Positions 19,387-29,580 of a DNA stretch of 64,000 bases are shown here, piece by piece (within the stretch, counting starts at the first letter, position 1; every line of letters begins with the position of its first letter). The notes under the pieces were generated by a model. The model was not told where the DNA came from. It saw nothing but the letters and a program-made list of their open reading frames with translations, and did not search any database. A program made the position numbers and the translations under genes. Source of the stretch: Nitrosopumilaceae archaeon. Lineage in GTDB: Archaea; Thermoproteota; Nitrososphaeria; Nitrososphaerales; Nitrosopumilaceae. The stretch spans positions 1,088,001 to 1,152,000 of the forward strand of contig CBDCCK010000002.1 in assembly GCA_965214835.1 (NCBI GenBank). The letters are read 5' to 3'.

Positions 19387-20441
19387 CTTTCCACCGCAAA
19401 TCTCAATGTTGAGACCATTCCGCCAAGTCCGGCCACCCTGAGACCAAGATCCGTTGACGAGTCTACGCTGAAAATCTGCGTACCTTTTGACTCTGCATCG
19501 TTTAGGAACTCTATGATCCTCCCCTCATCCTCGTCTTCTAGTACCCTGTCCGAAAACACCAGCGACTCGATGGCGCCATACCGATTTGCGTTATTGGCCT
19601 CCTCGAACCCCATGGTAAATTTCCTGCTTTGCCTGCCTGCCATCGACATCACGCTGTCAATGATATCCGCAATCCGTGCGATCTTGCTGCCTGCCATTAT
19701 CTCCTTCATGGCCTCTGATTTTGTAAACGTATGGATGCCGTCCTCCCCGCCCGAATCTATTCCCTCGACTATCTGAATGCCTGGCTTTTTTGCACTTGAT
19801 GATTTTTCGGCATAGTTTGCAAACCTCCTTTTGGTCTCCCCCGGACCAAAGACTACCATCCTGTCACCCTCTTTTATGACGGATGCTACTGCCCTGTCTA
19901 CCTCCTGAAAGAATTTCTCCGTGTTAAAGCTAGTCTTGTACTGCTTTCCAGCCAAGCCCGAATAGATGTTTGGCATGACCTCCAAATGGGTTCCATCCAG
20001 TCTTGCTATCCCACAGTCTGCCCTGTCGATTGCGACTAGAACAAACCCCGTCCTGTCGTTTTCTGTATCGACCAGCTTTTTTTCTACGCCGCCCCACTTT
20101 TTCTTAAAGATTGTAAATGCATCCCCTGCCTTGATTAGCATGGAGTGGTGCGAGCCGTGCGGAACTGCCTCATTGCTTGACTCCAGTATCGTTCCTGCAA
20201 CTCTTAGCCTGTCTACGGCGCTGTCTAACGATATCTTTTCGACTCGCAATGAGATTCTGACCCTGACTCTCTCACCCCTGTCTGGCCTCGAGTATTCCCT
20301 GTCCTGCTTGATTACCCGCGTAGTGTCCCCGGTCATCCTGTCGCCCACCTTGATCACGCGGCGAAGACTTAGCAGGTCATCTGCATCCTGGACAATCACG
20401 GAAATCGTATTGTCGTCGACAACCCTGCCAATCATAGCCAT
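19383..20441 (-). CDS. pelA: Pelota (ribosome rescue factor)
   Basis: eRF1-like three-domain layout; RLRVAGTI, GSHHS, LGGMVSTLRF. Confidence 0.93.
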   Translation of the reverse strand: MAMIGRVVDDNTISVIVQDADDLLSLRRVIKVGDRMTGDTTRVIKQDREYSRPDRGERVRVRISLRVEKISLDSAVDRLRVAGTILESSNEAVPHGSHHSMLIKAGDAFTIFKKKWGGVEKKLVDTENDRTGFVLVAIDRADCGIARLDGTHLEVMPNIYSGLAGKQYKTSFNTEKFFQEVDRAVASVIKEGDRMVVFGPGETKRRFANYAEKSSSAKKPGIQIVEGIDSGGEDGIHTFTKSEAMKEIMAGSKIARIADIIDSVMSMAGRQSRKFTMGFEEANNANRYGAIESLVFSDRVLEDEDEGRIIEFLNDAESKGTQIFSVDSSTDLGLRVAGLGGMVSTLRFAVES

Positions 20442-20471
20442 TTAACCATGCGATAGTAAAAAAGAAAATAC

Positions 20472-20930
20472 CTACCTGCTATCTTTGGAATCGCCCTGAC
20501 TCTTCTTTTTGACATAGTTTTCTACCCAGTCCAAGGTAATCACCCCCGCCTCGGCCAGGTTGACCAGAGAGTTTGAGGATGCGTTTCCCGTCACCTTTCC
20601 ACTATGCCTCCTAATCTGCCTCCACTTGAGCAAGGTGTTTCCACTCTTTGACGTATAAATTATGCCCAGCACGTCTCTTGCATTGACAAATGTAATCTCA
20701 CGAATCTTTTTCAGGGTGACCTTGTCGGCTGCCTCCACATAGATTGAGCCCAGGCCCTCCTCTCTTTCTGCAAACACCTCAAAGTCATCCAGATAGCTTT
20801 TTGGGGCAAACGAGCTGCACGTGCTTGCAATAACGAAGCGCCTGAAGCTTTCAAGGGATGCCGATGCGTCTATCGCTACCATAGATATGCACACCGGCTT
20901 GCCATTTATCAAGCTTCTTGAAAGACTCAA
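20472..20930 (-). CDS. Conserved hypothetical protein
   Basis: Long ORF upstream of pelota on the same strand; true start probably ATG at 20882. Confidence 0.75.
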   Translation of the reverse strand: MSLSRSLINGKPVCISMVAIDASASLESFRRFVIASTCSSFAPKSYLDDFEVFAEREEGLGSIYVEAADKVTLKKIREITFVNARDVLGIIYTSKSGNTLLKWRQIRRHSGKVTGNASSNSLVNLAEAGVITLDWVENYVKKKSQGDSKDSR

Positions 20931-21051
20931 TTAGTATGGTGTCTGAAAACGGCTTGCGGGCGGTGATGAACGTATCCCAATGATTGATGAATTGGATCTT
21001 GAGTTCTGAGCCTGCCGTAATTTTTAAGAAGCAACATCCCAAACCACAACC

Positions 21052-21471
21052 ATGAAGTCACTGACAGAATACCTGACATTTAACACAAAAACCCGCGTCG
21101 CGTTTGTCAATATTACGCCTGACGTGAGGGAGCTTGTGCATAAAAGCGGCATCAAGGAAGGACTGTGCCTGGTAAATGCAATGCACATCACTGCCAGCGT
21201 GTTCATAAACGACAACGAACCCGGGTTGCACCATGACTACGAAAAGTGGCTGGAGGAGCTGGCCCCGCATGAGCCAACCGGGGACTATAGGCATAATGAT
21301 ACCGGTGAGGATAACGCCGATGCACATCTGAAAAGGCAGGTCATGGGACGAGAGGTTGTAGTCTCTGTAACAAACGGAGAGCTGGACTTTGGTCCCTGGG
21401 AGGCGATATTTTATGGCGAGTTTGACGGAAGGCGGAGTAAGAGAGTGTTGGTTAAGATTATCGGCCAGTGA
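21052..21471 (+). CDS. YjbQ/UPF0047 family protein
   Basis: [32 protein letters not shown]. Confidence 0.93.
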   Translation: MKSLTEYLTFNTKTRVAFVNITPDVRELVHKSGIKEGLCLVNAMHITASVFINDNEPGLHHDYEKWLEELAPHEPTGDYRHNDTGEDNADAHLKRQVMGREVVVSVTNGELDFGPWEAIFYGEFDGRRSKRVLVKIIGQ

Positions 21472-21636
21472 CTATCCAAAGTCTGCATCCCGCTTTTGAC
21501 TCTGACCCTCGTTTGCACGTGCTGCTGCGCGAAACTCGTCGTCGTGGTTCTGTGGGCCGTGTCCACATCTTACACATTCTATCCTGAACCCATCATCGTT
21601 TTTTTCATACGCCTCGCATCCACAAAAGCACACCAT
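21472..21636 (-). CDS. 54-aa Cys/His-rich microprotein
   Basis: MVCFCGCEAYEKNDDGFRIECVRCGHGPQNHDDEF...; below the ORF-track cutoff; TATA-like sequence upstream. Confidence 0.6.
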   Translation of the reverse strand: MVCFCGCEAYEKNDDGFRIECVRCGHGPQNHDDEFRAAARANEGQSQKRDADFG

Positions 21637-21693
21637 GATGACTCCGATGTTTTAATGTGATATAATCCATTCCGTAGCATCCAGTTTAGATAA

Positions 21694-22041
21694 TCACCCA
21701 CAGCTTGTAGGCCCTGATCCCGCCTTCGCAGCGTGGCGCGTATGGATTTCTGCATCTCGTCTACGGCCTCGTACAGCCAGTTTGCAGTTGCCTTTTTGAA
21801 CCCGCGCCACTGTTCCCCTGCTATTCAGCTGCGGCATGTACGGCGGCAGGTACTTTAGCGCCGCGCCACTGTTCCACTCTGCCATCCTTTTATTGACCAA
21901 TTCGGCCTTGTGATACGAGGCGTTGTCGACAAACAGCACCACCTTGCCGTACTTGCATCGAAACACCTTGAGAAACTTGATGAACGTGTACTTGACCTTG
22001 TCGTAAAAGCGACAGTCAAGGCAGTTTGCCGACAGGGCCAC
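21694..22041 (-). pseudogene. IS630-family transposase DDE remnant
   Basis: VVLFVDNASYHKA, LKYLPPYMPQLN; frameshifted and truncated. Confidence 0.85.
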
Positions 22042-22068
22042 AATCGAGTAAAGCCTTCTAGTCGACAG

Positions 22069-23151
22069 AGAAGCGATTCTTAATTAGCAGATTTTGACCC
22101 ACTTGGGCACTAATCTATGCCTGACGGATCAAAATACCTGTAAAACCATGTACAAGTCATGTGTTTGATCGATAGACTGACAAAAAACCCACGGACGTTC
22201 CGGATGTTTGCAGGAATGACCGAGGCAGAGTTTGACCAGCTGTGTACCGAGGTGCAAAAGAAATTTCCAGATACCGAGAAGAAGAGGCTCTCAAGGCCCG
22301 ACCGTGTGCGGGATATAGGCGCAGGCAGGCCCTTTGCCCTGGATCTGAGGAACCGCGTACTGCTGGTCTTGTTCTACTACAGGACGTACGTCTCCCAGGA
22401 CGTGGCTGGCGCCATGTTCGGTATAGGACAGGCGTCGGTCTCGCGCTCCATAAGCCTGACTGAGCCCCTGCTAAAACAATGCCTGCCGATCCCCGAGAAG
22501 ATTTACAAGGACTCCAAGAGGATCTCCTCAGTCGAGGAGCTGGCCGAGATCTTCCCGGGGATGGTGTGCCTGACTGACGCCTCCGAGCAGCCCACAAACA
22601 GGCCCAAGAGAAAGGACATGGAAGAGTCGCACTATTCGGGCAAGGCAGGCACGCACACGGCCAAGGTCCAGTATACGGTCAACATACACGGTGCCATAGT
22701 GCACAAGACCCCGCACTCGCCGGGGCGCGTAAACGACGTCAAGATATACCAGATGAAGCACCCCACGTTCTGGAGCGGTGAGGAGGACGGCGAGGAGCTG
22801 CGGCACTATATGGATCGCGGATACCAGGGTGCGCAGCACATCGATGCAGGGACGAAGGTTATACTTCCAATCAAGAAGAGTCCTGGCGGCAAGCTGACCG
22901 ACGATGAAAGAGTACAACAGAACACACTCAAAGATACGGGTGTACGTGGAGAATGGCATACGCAGGGTCAAGACATTCAAGATAATGAGCTACAAGTACA
23001 GAAACAGGCTCAGAAAGTACGATCTGGCCAACAGTATCGTGTGCGGGCTGGTCAACCTGAGGATACTGGAACGGATAGCCGCTGTGGCCTGAAAAACACG
23101 GCAGAAAACAACTGCAACCTGCCACTCGTAATTTAATTACGGATTGCTTCT
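22069..23151 (+). mobile_element. IS5-family (ISL2-like) insertion sequence
   Basis: Imperfect TIR AGAAGC(G/A)AT(T/C)C(T/G)TAATTA; 3-bp TSD CAG. Confidence 0.85.
22159..23092 (+). pseudogene. HTH_Tnp_4/DDE_Tnp_4-type transposase with one frameshift
   Basis: TDASEQ, YSGK, MDRGYQG; after a frameshift near 22908, EYNRTHSKIRVYVENGIRRVK. Confidence 0.88.
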
Positions 23152-23266
23152 CAGGCTGGCGAGTGGGGACAGGCTCCCCTACAAGGGTACCAGCTGTTCT
23201 TGACGCTCCATCCCGGGATGAACGAGGCCTCGTCTTCCATCATTATCGTGCACCCCTTCGAATAGT

Positions 23267-23344
23267 AGACTTTGCGTAATCGACCTGAATGAGGCAAATT
23301 TGTTCGTAATAATCCCAGATCTGAACCGATTACGCATAAGGTCT
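23267..23344. mobile_element. 80-bp MITE family B copy
   Basis: Near-identical to 40092-40171; no TSD. Confidence 0.88.
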
Positions 23345-23569
23345 GTTATGGAATAAAACACAGCCGGAAGAAAAGTGTCAAGATGTGATTGTTCTCGGAT
23401 GTGTTCCACAAACTGTCGTGATTGCAGGATGTGATTATATAGTGGAAAACACAAGTTCGTAAAATCCCGGGCTTGGCTCCGAGGCACCCCATGGCGTCTT
23501 GATCTTGACGAGCTTTTGCTTCACACTGCGCGTTGATAAACCCTAAAATAATCTTTTTTTGATGATATA

Positions 23570-23785
23570 ATGATGAAGACGGCAAGTACGGAATATATTG
23601 ACAACATGCCTGCAGAGGATCGTAAAAAATATGCAGGCCATTGGATAGTGATCGTCGATGATAAGGTGGTGTGCCATGCCGAAAAACAGAGGGACACATG
23701 GGATATAATTGACAAGTATGATAATGCCGGAGACATGCCGCTGGTACAGTACGTGTATGAAGAGGATCTTCCACTTTTACTGTGA
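23570..23785 (+). CDS. DUF5678-like small protein
   Basis: KKYAGHWIVIVDDKVVCHA pattern. Confidence 0.75.
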   Translation: MMKTASTEYIDNMPAEDRKKYAGHWIVIVDDKVVCHAEKQRDTWDIIDKYDNAGDMPLVQYVYEEDLPLLL

Positions 23786-23792
23786 GTAACAC

Positions 23793-23972
23793 ATGCCTGT
23801 GTTCAAATATCTTCCACGGCAGATAGATGATGTAACATCATTTGCACCGATGTTGGATGTCGTAGTTTCCCATAGAATCCCGGTACAGACAAGGGCGTAT
23901 GTTGATTCCGGTTCCAGTACCACATACATGCCAAGAGGCACAGCTAGGCGTATCGGCGTTTTGGGTGGCATC
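23793..23972 (+). pseudogene. Retropepsin-like aspartic protease, 3'-truncated by a MITE
   Basis: RAYVDSGSSTTYMP.GTARRIG catalytic D-S-G motif. Confidence 0.75.
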
Positions 23973-24102
23973 GAGGTTGTCGCCTAATTCATCAAAATTC
24001 CTAAAAACCATGGGGTGTCGTCTGGATTAGGCGTGCAAAGGGAATGGAAATTCAGAAAAGTGTGCAGATTGAGTCAGGCAGGGGGAATTAGGCGACAACC
24101 TC
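23973..24102. mobile_element. 130-bp MITE family D, copy 1
   Basis: Perfect TIR GAGGTTGTCGCCTAATTC; no TSD (deletion junction). Confidence 0.88.
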
Positions 24103-24178
24103 GGTCATACCCAACAAGGCACCTTCGCGCGGTCTCCTTCATAATCTCCTGCAGCCACGAGTAGGGAATCTTTTGCAT

Positions 24179-25766
24179 GTAATAGGTTAGCCCCTGCCTA
24201 GAGTTAAAGTCACACCCACCGTCTTTTCAGGCATGAAAATCACAACCGCAGGCAGATTAGTGCAGGATTGCTAGGGGCAGACGACCACGTACCCGGGGTT
24301 TCTGACCAGCGCGTCCCTGATCATGTCCGTAACGTTGCACCCCCGGAGGCGCCATGTCTCGATGCACGTCAATATGTTACCGAACATCTTCTGTCCGTCT
24401 TTTGTCCGCAGTCCGAACCGTATCTTGCGCGCGATCACGCCGGGCCTCAGCGTGCGCTCTGCTAGGTTGTTGGTGGGATCCATCCCAGGACGCGTCGTAA
24501 ACGTGTAGAGAAACTCCGAGGCGTTGTCAATCTTTGTGGCACAGCTGTCACATCCTTCCTTCCTGTATGTGGCGGCAATCTCGCGTGTTTCTGCCACCCG
24601 ACTGTCGTGCTACCTGGCAGCCTCCTCCGGCGGCCCCGGCCCCTTGGCGCAATGCATCTGCCACTTGAGGCGCTCGCCTGCGGCGCGAACCTCCGGGGAG
24701 TCCGTTTTCTCGCTTTGGGCATCTGCCTCCCGGATTATGTGGGCCCAGCACCGCTGCCTGTTCCTGCCAAAGAACTTATCGTATCCGGGGTATCCGTCAG
24801 TCACCCCGACTCTGGGCACGTATGAAAAGTGCTCATCCAGTACGGATGCCCTCCTGCTGTCAGTTGCCACCATGTGCGCACCGACTGCCCTGCCGTCCTT
24901 GACTCCCACTGCCACCCACATGTAGCCGCTCTTGCCGTCGTATGGCATCCCCGTCTCGTCCATGTGGACGTGGTCGCATCCTGCAATGTCTTTTTTGATG
25001 TCCTCCACGCACGGATCAAGCTTCTTTGCAACGGCCTTGAGGCAGTTCTGTATCATCGCCTTGCTTACATCAATTTCAAAGATCTCCTTTACGATGCGCC
25101 TGATCGAGTCGACGGATGCCGGCATGGTGTACAGGGTGCCGATATAGGAGGCAATGTTGGGTCCAAACTCGGTGCCCGGAACGACCAGCCCGCCCCCGTT
25201 TGTCGTGGTGATGGCGCCGCACTTGCGGCACTTGCGGCGGGTAAAGTAGTGCTGTGTCGTGACCGGCTCTGGGATCTCTGGAATGTCAGTAGCCATCCTG
25301 GTTCCGGCGGGAACCGGATCTGTCAGGTCGCGCCCGTTGCACGCGCCGCACATGTCAGGCACGTGCGTTTTGTACCGGGTCGGTGTTCTCCTGTGTGATA
25401 TGCCCTCGTGTCCGGGCCTGCGGCCCGGCCTTGCCGGTACCCTTCCAGAGGCCCCTGCCGCGGCTGCTGCCTTTTTCTGCCTGGTCGGAATCGAGTTCTG
25501 CGAGGAGGGGCTGTGCGGGTTCTCATAGTATTTGATGCGCTGTTCAAGCTGCTTGATTCTTGCGGCATCCTCGGCATGTTGCATGGCAGATGCTGCCCTC
25601 TCTATGTCAAGCTCCCCCTGCGTCTTCTGAAGCTCCGCTTTGACGCAGGCAAGCTCCTTGGACAATGCCTTGAATTCCGAGGCTGTAGACATGTGTTTCC
25701 CGGGTAATGATAGTTTATAGATCAGGTGGTCATAAAAAATCAACTAGGCAGGGGCTATCCTGTTAC
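24179..25766 (-). mobile_element. IS66-family (single-ORF, ISBst12-like) element 1
   Basis: TIR GTAA(T/C)AGG(T/A)TAGCCCCTGCCTAG; 8-bp TSD TTTTGCAT. Confidence 0.92.
24271..25743 (-). pseudogene. IS66 transposase with one in-frame TAG (24610-24612)
   Basis: HMDETG, VTDGYPGY, QRCWAHIIR, PTNNLAERTLR. Confidence 0.9.
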
Positions 25767-26030
25767 TTTTGCATGAACTTGCCGATGGTGCTGTGGTCCG
25801 GCACCGGCTCGTCCCATGGCAGCTTTAGGCACTCTGCGAGGCCCTGCATGTCGCGGTACGTCAGGTTCATGTACACCATTAGGATGCACAGGCAGGCAAG
25901 CTTGCCCCTGCTGTGGATCGTGGGCCGTCCCGGTTCCGGCTTGACCGGGACAGGACACGGGTTCTCCATGATCAAAGAAACTATATGGGATGGGAGAAAC
26001 CCAGATCTTGGGTGTGGGCAGCATGATACT

Positions 26031-26159
26031 GGGGTTGTCGCCTAATTCCACTTGTTTGACCCAATCTGCACGTTTTTCTGAATTTCCGCCCTTTTGCACG
26101 CCTGATCATATGGCATCTCAACGGCTTTCATGAATTCCAATGAATTATGCAACAACCCC
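26031..26159. mobile_element. 130-bp MITE family D, copy 2 (inverted)
   Basis: GGGGTTGTCGCCTAATTC...GAATTATGCAACAACCCC; 9-bp TSD CATGATACT. Confidence 0.88.
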
Positions 26160-26340
26160 CATGATACTACGTCCGGTACTCCTTGCGCCTCTTGTGTTTG
26201 CTCATTAGAGAGTCTGCACCCGATCCGATCAATAGGTGTGGGGATTGAGAGAATCAGGCCAAATTGTCTAATTAGGCAACAACCCCCCCTGCCACGTGTA
26301 AAATAGCGAGGACAGCCTGGTGGAGGTGAGCCTTGCACGG

Positions 26341-26601
26341 TTATTTTTTGTAGGCTTGTGAGCGGTGTTTTACTTTGGCCACATGCAGAACCGATTTGTG
26401 TCCTACCATGTCAACGACCACACGATACTGGCCAATGCGGAGTTTATAAAATGGCGAGCCTCTCATTCTTTCAAGCAATCCGTAAGGGTTTGATGCAACT
26501 TCATCCATCAACAAGATCACCCTCTTTGCGATGCCTGCATCAATACGATCTAGATCCTTTTGTGCCTTGGCAGAGTAGACAACCCTCCAAATAACTGCCA
26601 A
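26341..26601 (-). CDS. RelE/ParE-family toxin
   Basis: YSAKAQKDL, YKLRIGQYRVV, VKHRSQAYK. Confidence 0.9.
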   Translation of the reverse strand: MAVIWRVVYSAKAQKDLDRIDAGIAKRVILLMDEVASNPYGLLERMRGSPFYKLRIGQYRVVVDMVGHKSVLHVAKVKHRSQAYKK

Positions 26602-26602
26602 A

Positions 26603-26863
26603 TTACAGCCCGTATTTTTCCTTCATTTGTTCTTGAGTCTTGTAGTTTCCTTGCTCAATCTCTGCAATGGATGCCTTTATTTCGGCAAGCTCCTCTTCTG
26701 TGAGTAGTTCCTCATCCTCCTCCCTGTTGAGAACAGAATTGTTTTGCTCAGTGAGCCCGTCAAGTTGAAGTTGGGGCATGAGTTTTTGACCTATTAGGAT
26801 CCCACTATGAAAAATCGAATTGGCGATTTCATAGAAGGGATCTTGGAGTACGGTGCCTGACAT
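26603..26863 (-). CDS. Acidic antitoxin-like protein (start may be ATG 26779)
   Basis: LTEEELAEIKASIAEIEQGNYKT.EQMKEKYGL directly upstream of the RelE-like gene. Confidence 0.75.
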   Translation of the reverse strand: MSGTVLQDPFYEIANSIFHSGILIGQKLMPQLQLDGLTEQNNSVLNREEDEELLTEEELAEIKASIAEIEQGNYKTQEQMKEKYGL

Positions 26864-26865
26864 GT

Positions 26866-27207
26866 TTAGATTCCTTCCAACATGCTATCGAATTTTTCTA
26901 TTGCAGTCTTGAGATGTTTGTTAAAGTCAGCTAATTGATCTGCGTTATAATTCATAAATTGGGACAGGCCTTCTTTCATGCTAGCAATATCTATGGCAAC
27001 ACCCATTAGTAATGCTAGTTTTTCTGGAGGCAAAGTGGCAAGTATTTTAATAGAATCTGTTTTTGATAGTTCGAAATTTTTGATTTCGTTGAGAGGCAAA
27101 CCATGTTTTTCAGTAGTAGCATTAAGATTTTCAACCAGACTAGAAAAGTCATTTAGTACGTCCCGTAGCATTTTTAATCTCGTGACAATCTGGGATTTAT
27201 CTGACAT
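26866..27207 (-). CDS. Hypothetical helical protein, AT-rich
   Basis: 113-aa ORF tightly coupled to the toxin-antitoxin pair. Confidence 0.6.
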   Translation of the reverse strand: MSDKSQIVTRLKMLRDVLNDFSSLVENLNATTEKHGLPLNEIKNFELSKTDSIKILATLPPEKLALLMGVAIDIASMKEGLSQFMNYNADQLADFNKHLKTAIEKFDSMLEGI

Positions 27208-27251
27208 GCAACTCGTAGCATGAGCCTGCTAATATTTCTATTGTACTATGT

Positions 27252-28874
27252 GTATGAGTTTACCCCTCAGGCGACGCTGCCAGTCAGGGTCTTGACGAGC
27301 ATTTCCCTCACGCCGCACCCCCGGGCGCGCCAGTTCATCGCGCACGTCATCAATACGGTGAACATCTCCATGCCTTCCATGGTACGGAGTCCCTGGAATA
27401 CCTTGCGCGCAATTACGGACGGCCTCAGCATGCGCTCGGCCAGGTTGTTGGTGGGCTCCATGCCAGGATGCAATGTGAACGTGTACAAGTATTCCGAGGC
27501 GTTCCCAAGCTTTGTGGCAAAGCTCTCGCATCCGGCCTCCATGCCGAATGCCTCGGCCAGCCCGCGCGTTTCTGCCACCAGCATGTCGTGCCGGGCGGCG
27601 CCCTCCTCCGGCGGCCCCAGCCCCTTGGCATGGATGAACTTTTTCTTAAGGGCCACATACAGCGCGTGGGCCTGCCTAGAAGCCTTGCAGGCCTCCCTGG
27701 CCTCCCGGAGTATGTGGGCCCAGCACCACTGCCTGGTCTTGAATGCGGCGTATACGCCGTACCCGTCGACTGTGACCGGTTTGTCATAATACGGAAAGTT
27801 CATGTCAACTACGGCCCTGCCTCTACTGGGTGCGGCCAGCGTGTGGACGCCGGTTGTGGTGCCGTCCTTGTTCCTGCCTACTATTACCCATATGCGGGCC
27901 GTCCTGCCGTTGTATGGCATGGCAGTCTCGTCAATATGCAGATAATCAGAATCCTTGATGGCCTGCTTGATGCCCTCTACGCTGGGCTTTATTGCATTGG
28001 CACCGGCCCTCAGGCACTGCAGCACGCCTGCCTCTGAGACGTCCATGCCCAGGATTTCTGAGCACAGTGTGGCCGTGGCCTGTATGGAGGCAGGTGCCAC
28101 GCGTATTGCGGCCATCATCCCCGTGATGTTTGGTCCAAACTCGGTTCCCGGCACGTTCCATGACCTGTCGTCTTCGATGCACATGTTGCCGCAGTCGGCG
28201 CATTTGCGCCTGTATGCGGTGTGCTGTGTCGTGACCGGCTCGGGCCTCCTGGGGGTATCGGTCACAAGCTTGGAGAAGATCTTTTTCGGCTTCTTCATGT
28301 TGGTGCTGCCGCACTTGCCGCACTTTTTGGGGCAGTGCTTTACAAATTCGGTCGGCATTCTCTTGTGTGATATCCCCTCGTGTCCCTGCCTGCGGCCCGG
28401 CTTTGCCTTTGCAGATGCCGGTACGTTGCCTGATGCCTTTGCAGCAGCAGTCTTTTTCTGCTTGGTCGGAATCGAGTTCTGCGAGGATGGGGTGTGCGGG
28501 TTTTCGTAATATTTGATGTGCTGTCTGAGCTGCTGGTTTTCTGCTTTCAGTTCGGCAGTCTGCGCCTCAGATGCTGCTACCCCCTCTGGTCCCTTTTGCC
28601 TGTACCAGCTGATCTGTGATGCCTGCATCACGATTGTCACCGAGGACTCGGCCATCTGTTCGACAAGCATGGTTATCGTCTGATCCTTGTCTGCGATGAT
28701 CCTGTCCTTCCTGCCTAATTCGGCTATGGTGCGGGCCAACTCGTCGCGTAGTATCTTGGTCTCTGAATCAGGCAATGAATACAGGTGTGATCTGGATGCA
28801 TATGGATCCAGATGGTGATCAAAAATTGGCCTTGTGCTCAATCTAAATTATACGGATGAGGGGTAAACTCTTAC
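27252..28874 (-). mobile_element. IS66-family (single-ORF) element 2, apparently intact
   Basis: TIR GTA(T/A)GAGTTTACCCCTCA; flanking direct repeat GTACTATGT (9 bp). Confidence 0.92.
27267..28841 (-). CDS. IS66-family transposase
   Basis: Coiled coil, Zn finger, HIDETA, VDGYGVY, CWAHILR, PTNNLAERMLR. Confidence 0.92.
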   Translation of the reverse strand: MSTRPIFDHHLDPYASRSHLYSLPDSETKILRDELARTIAELGRKDRIIADKDQTITMLVEQMAESSVTIVMQASQISWYRQKGPEGVAASEAQTAELKAENQQLRQHIKYYENPHTPSSQNSIPTKQKKTAAAKASGNVPASAKAKPGRRQGHEGISHKRMPTEFVKHCPKKCGKCGSTNMKKPKKIFSKLVTDTPRRPEPVTTQHTAYRRKCADCGNMCIEDDRSWNVPGTEFGPNITGMMAAIRVAPASIQATATLCSEILGMDVSEAGVLQCLRAGANAIKPSVEGIKQAIKDSDYLHIDETAMPYNGRTARIWVIVGRNKDGTTTGVHTLAAPSRGRAVVDMNFPYYDKPVTVDGYGVYAAFKTRQWCWAHILREAREACKASRQAHALYVALKKKFIHAKGLGPPEEGAARHDMLVAETRGLAEAFGMEAGCESFATKLGNASEYLYTFTLHPGMEPTNNLAERMLRPSVIARKVFQGLRTMEGMEMFTVLMTCAMNWRARGCGVREMLVKTLTGSVA

Positions 28875-28887
28875 GTACTATGTAGCC

Positions 28888-28979
28888 GTAAGAGTTTTAC
28901 CCCCTAGGCGACACTGCGGGCCGGAGCCTTCATGATCACGCCTGCCACGCCGTATCTCAGGGGAGGGGTAAACTCTTAC
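28888..28979. mobile_element. IS66-type MITE family F copy
   Basis: GTAAGAGTTTTACCCCCTAGGCGACACTGC...GAGGGGTAAACTCTTAC, matching both ends of the adjacent IS66. Confidence 0.85.
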
Positions 28980-29030
28980 GTTCCTGACCTAGAATGCGTT
29001 TTAATACCCAAACCCCGCTTTAGATACTGT

Positions 29031-29576
29031 ATGGATTTCTCAGATGAGCAGATCAAGGACATGCTGGAGCTCAAGGAAAAAACGCTGCAAAAGATTGAAA
29101 AATACCAGAAAGAAATCCATTCCCTAGAAAAGCAGCTTGTGATTCTAGACTCCATTGTCAAGCAGTCAAGCTTTACCAAGGCGTCATCGCTTCCAAAATC
29201 CGAACCCGTCCAGGCAGAGCAGCCAAAGGAGGACTTGATTCCAATCACGCGTGGGGGCCGGGGGGACGTGATTGCCAATGCCTACGTCACGCCCGAGCAG
29301 GTGTCCATCATACTAGACGAATCCCTGGATATCGACGAGAACACCCCCCCATTCAAGTCATTCTTCCTGGACAGGATAATTGGCGAGATGAAAAGAAAGG
29401 ACAGCACCGACGGTACAATTCCAAGCGATGAGGCAATTGACTTTGTTGTAAACAAGAACGGCTCGAGCATCAGGGAGATCATCGTCAGAAACTACCGCCA
29501 AAAGGAGAGGGTGAACGAGATCATCAATACTGCCGGCTGGTCTCTTAGTAGGATGCTAGAAAACACAAACAGGTGA
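29031..29576 (+). CDS. Conserved hypothetical protein (N-terminal coiled coil)
   Basis: ATG at 29031; 4 nt upstream of guaA. Confidence 0.8.
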   Translation: MDFSDEQIKDMLELKEKTLQKIEKYQKEIHSLEKQLVILDSIVKQSSFTKASSLPKSEPVQAEQPKEDLIPITRGGRGDVIANAYVTPEQVSIILDESLDIDENTPPFKSFFLDRIIGEMKRKDSTDGTIPSDEAIDFVVNKNGSSIREIIVRNYRQKERVNEIINTAGWSLSRMLENTNR

Positions 29577-29580
29577 TGCC

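Larger units (their letters stand above)
24103..26286 (-). mobile_element. Disrupted IS5-family element hosting IS66 and MITE D insertions
   Basis: Reading frame LTYRDMQGLAE...VPDHSTIGKFMQK|IPYSWLQEIMKE continues across the IS66; end GGGGTTGTTGCCTAATT near 26286 matches the MITE D TIR. Confidence 0.7.

Noticed and set aside
22900-22915. Programmed ribosomal frameshift in the ISL2-like transposase
   Set aside because: No clear slippery heptamer; looks like a small deletion
23345-23560. Non-coding stretch with repeated GATGTG(A/T)TT-like words
   Set aside because: Repeats are short, irregularly spaced and lack supporting structure
10597-24612. In-frame TAG codons in IS110 and IS66 as programmed amber readthrough
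   Set aside because: They occur alongside frameshifts and other stops in decaying elements; no pyrrolysine genes or suppressor tRNA in the window
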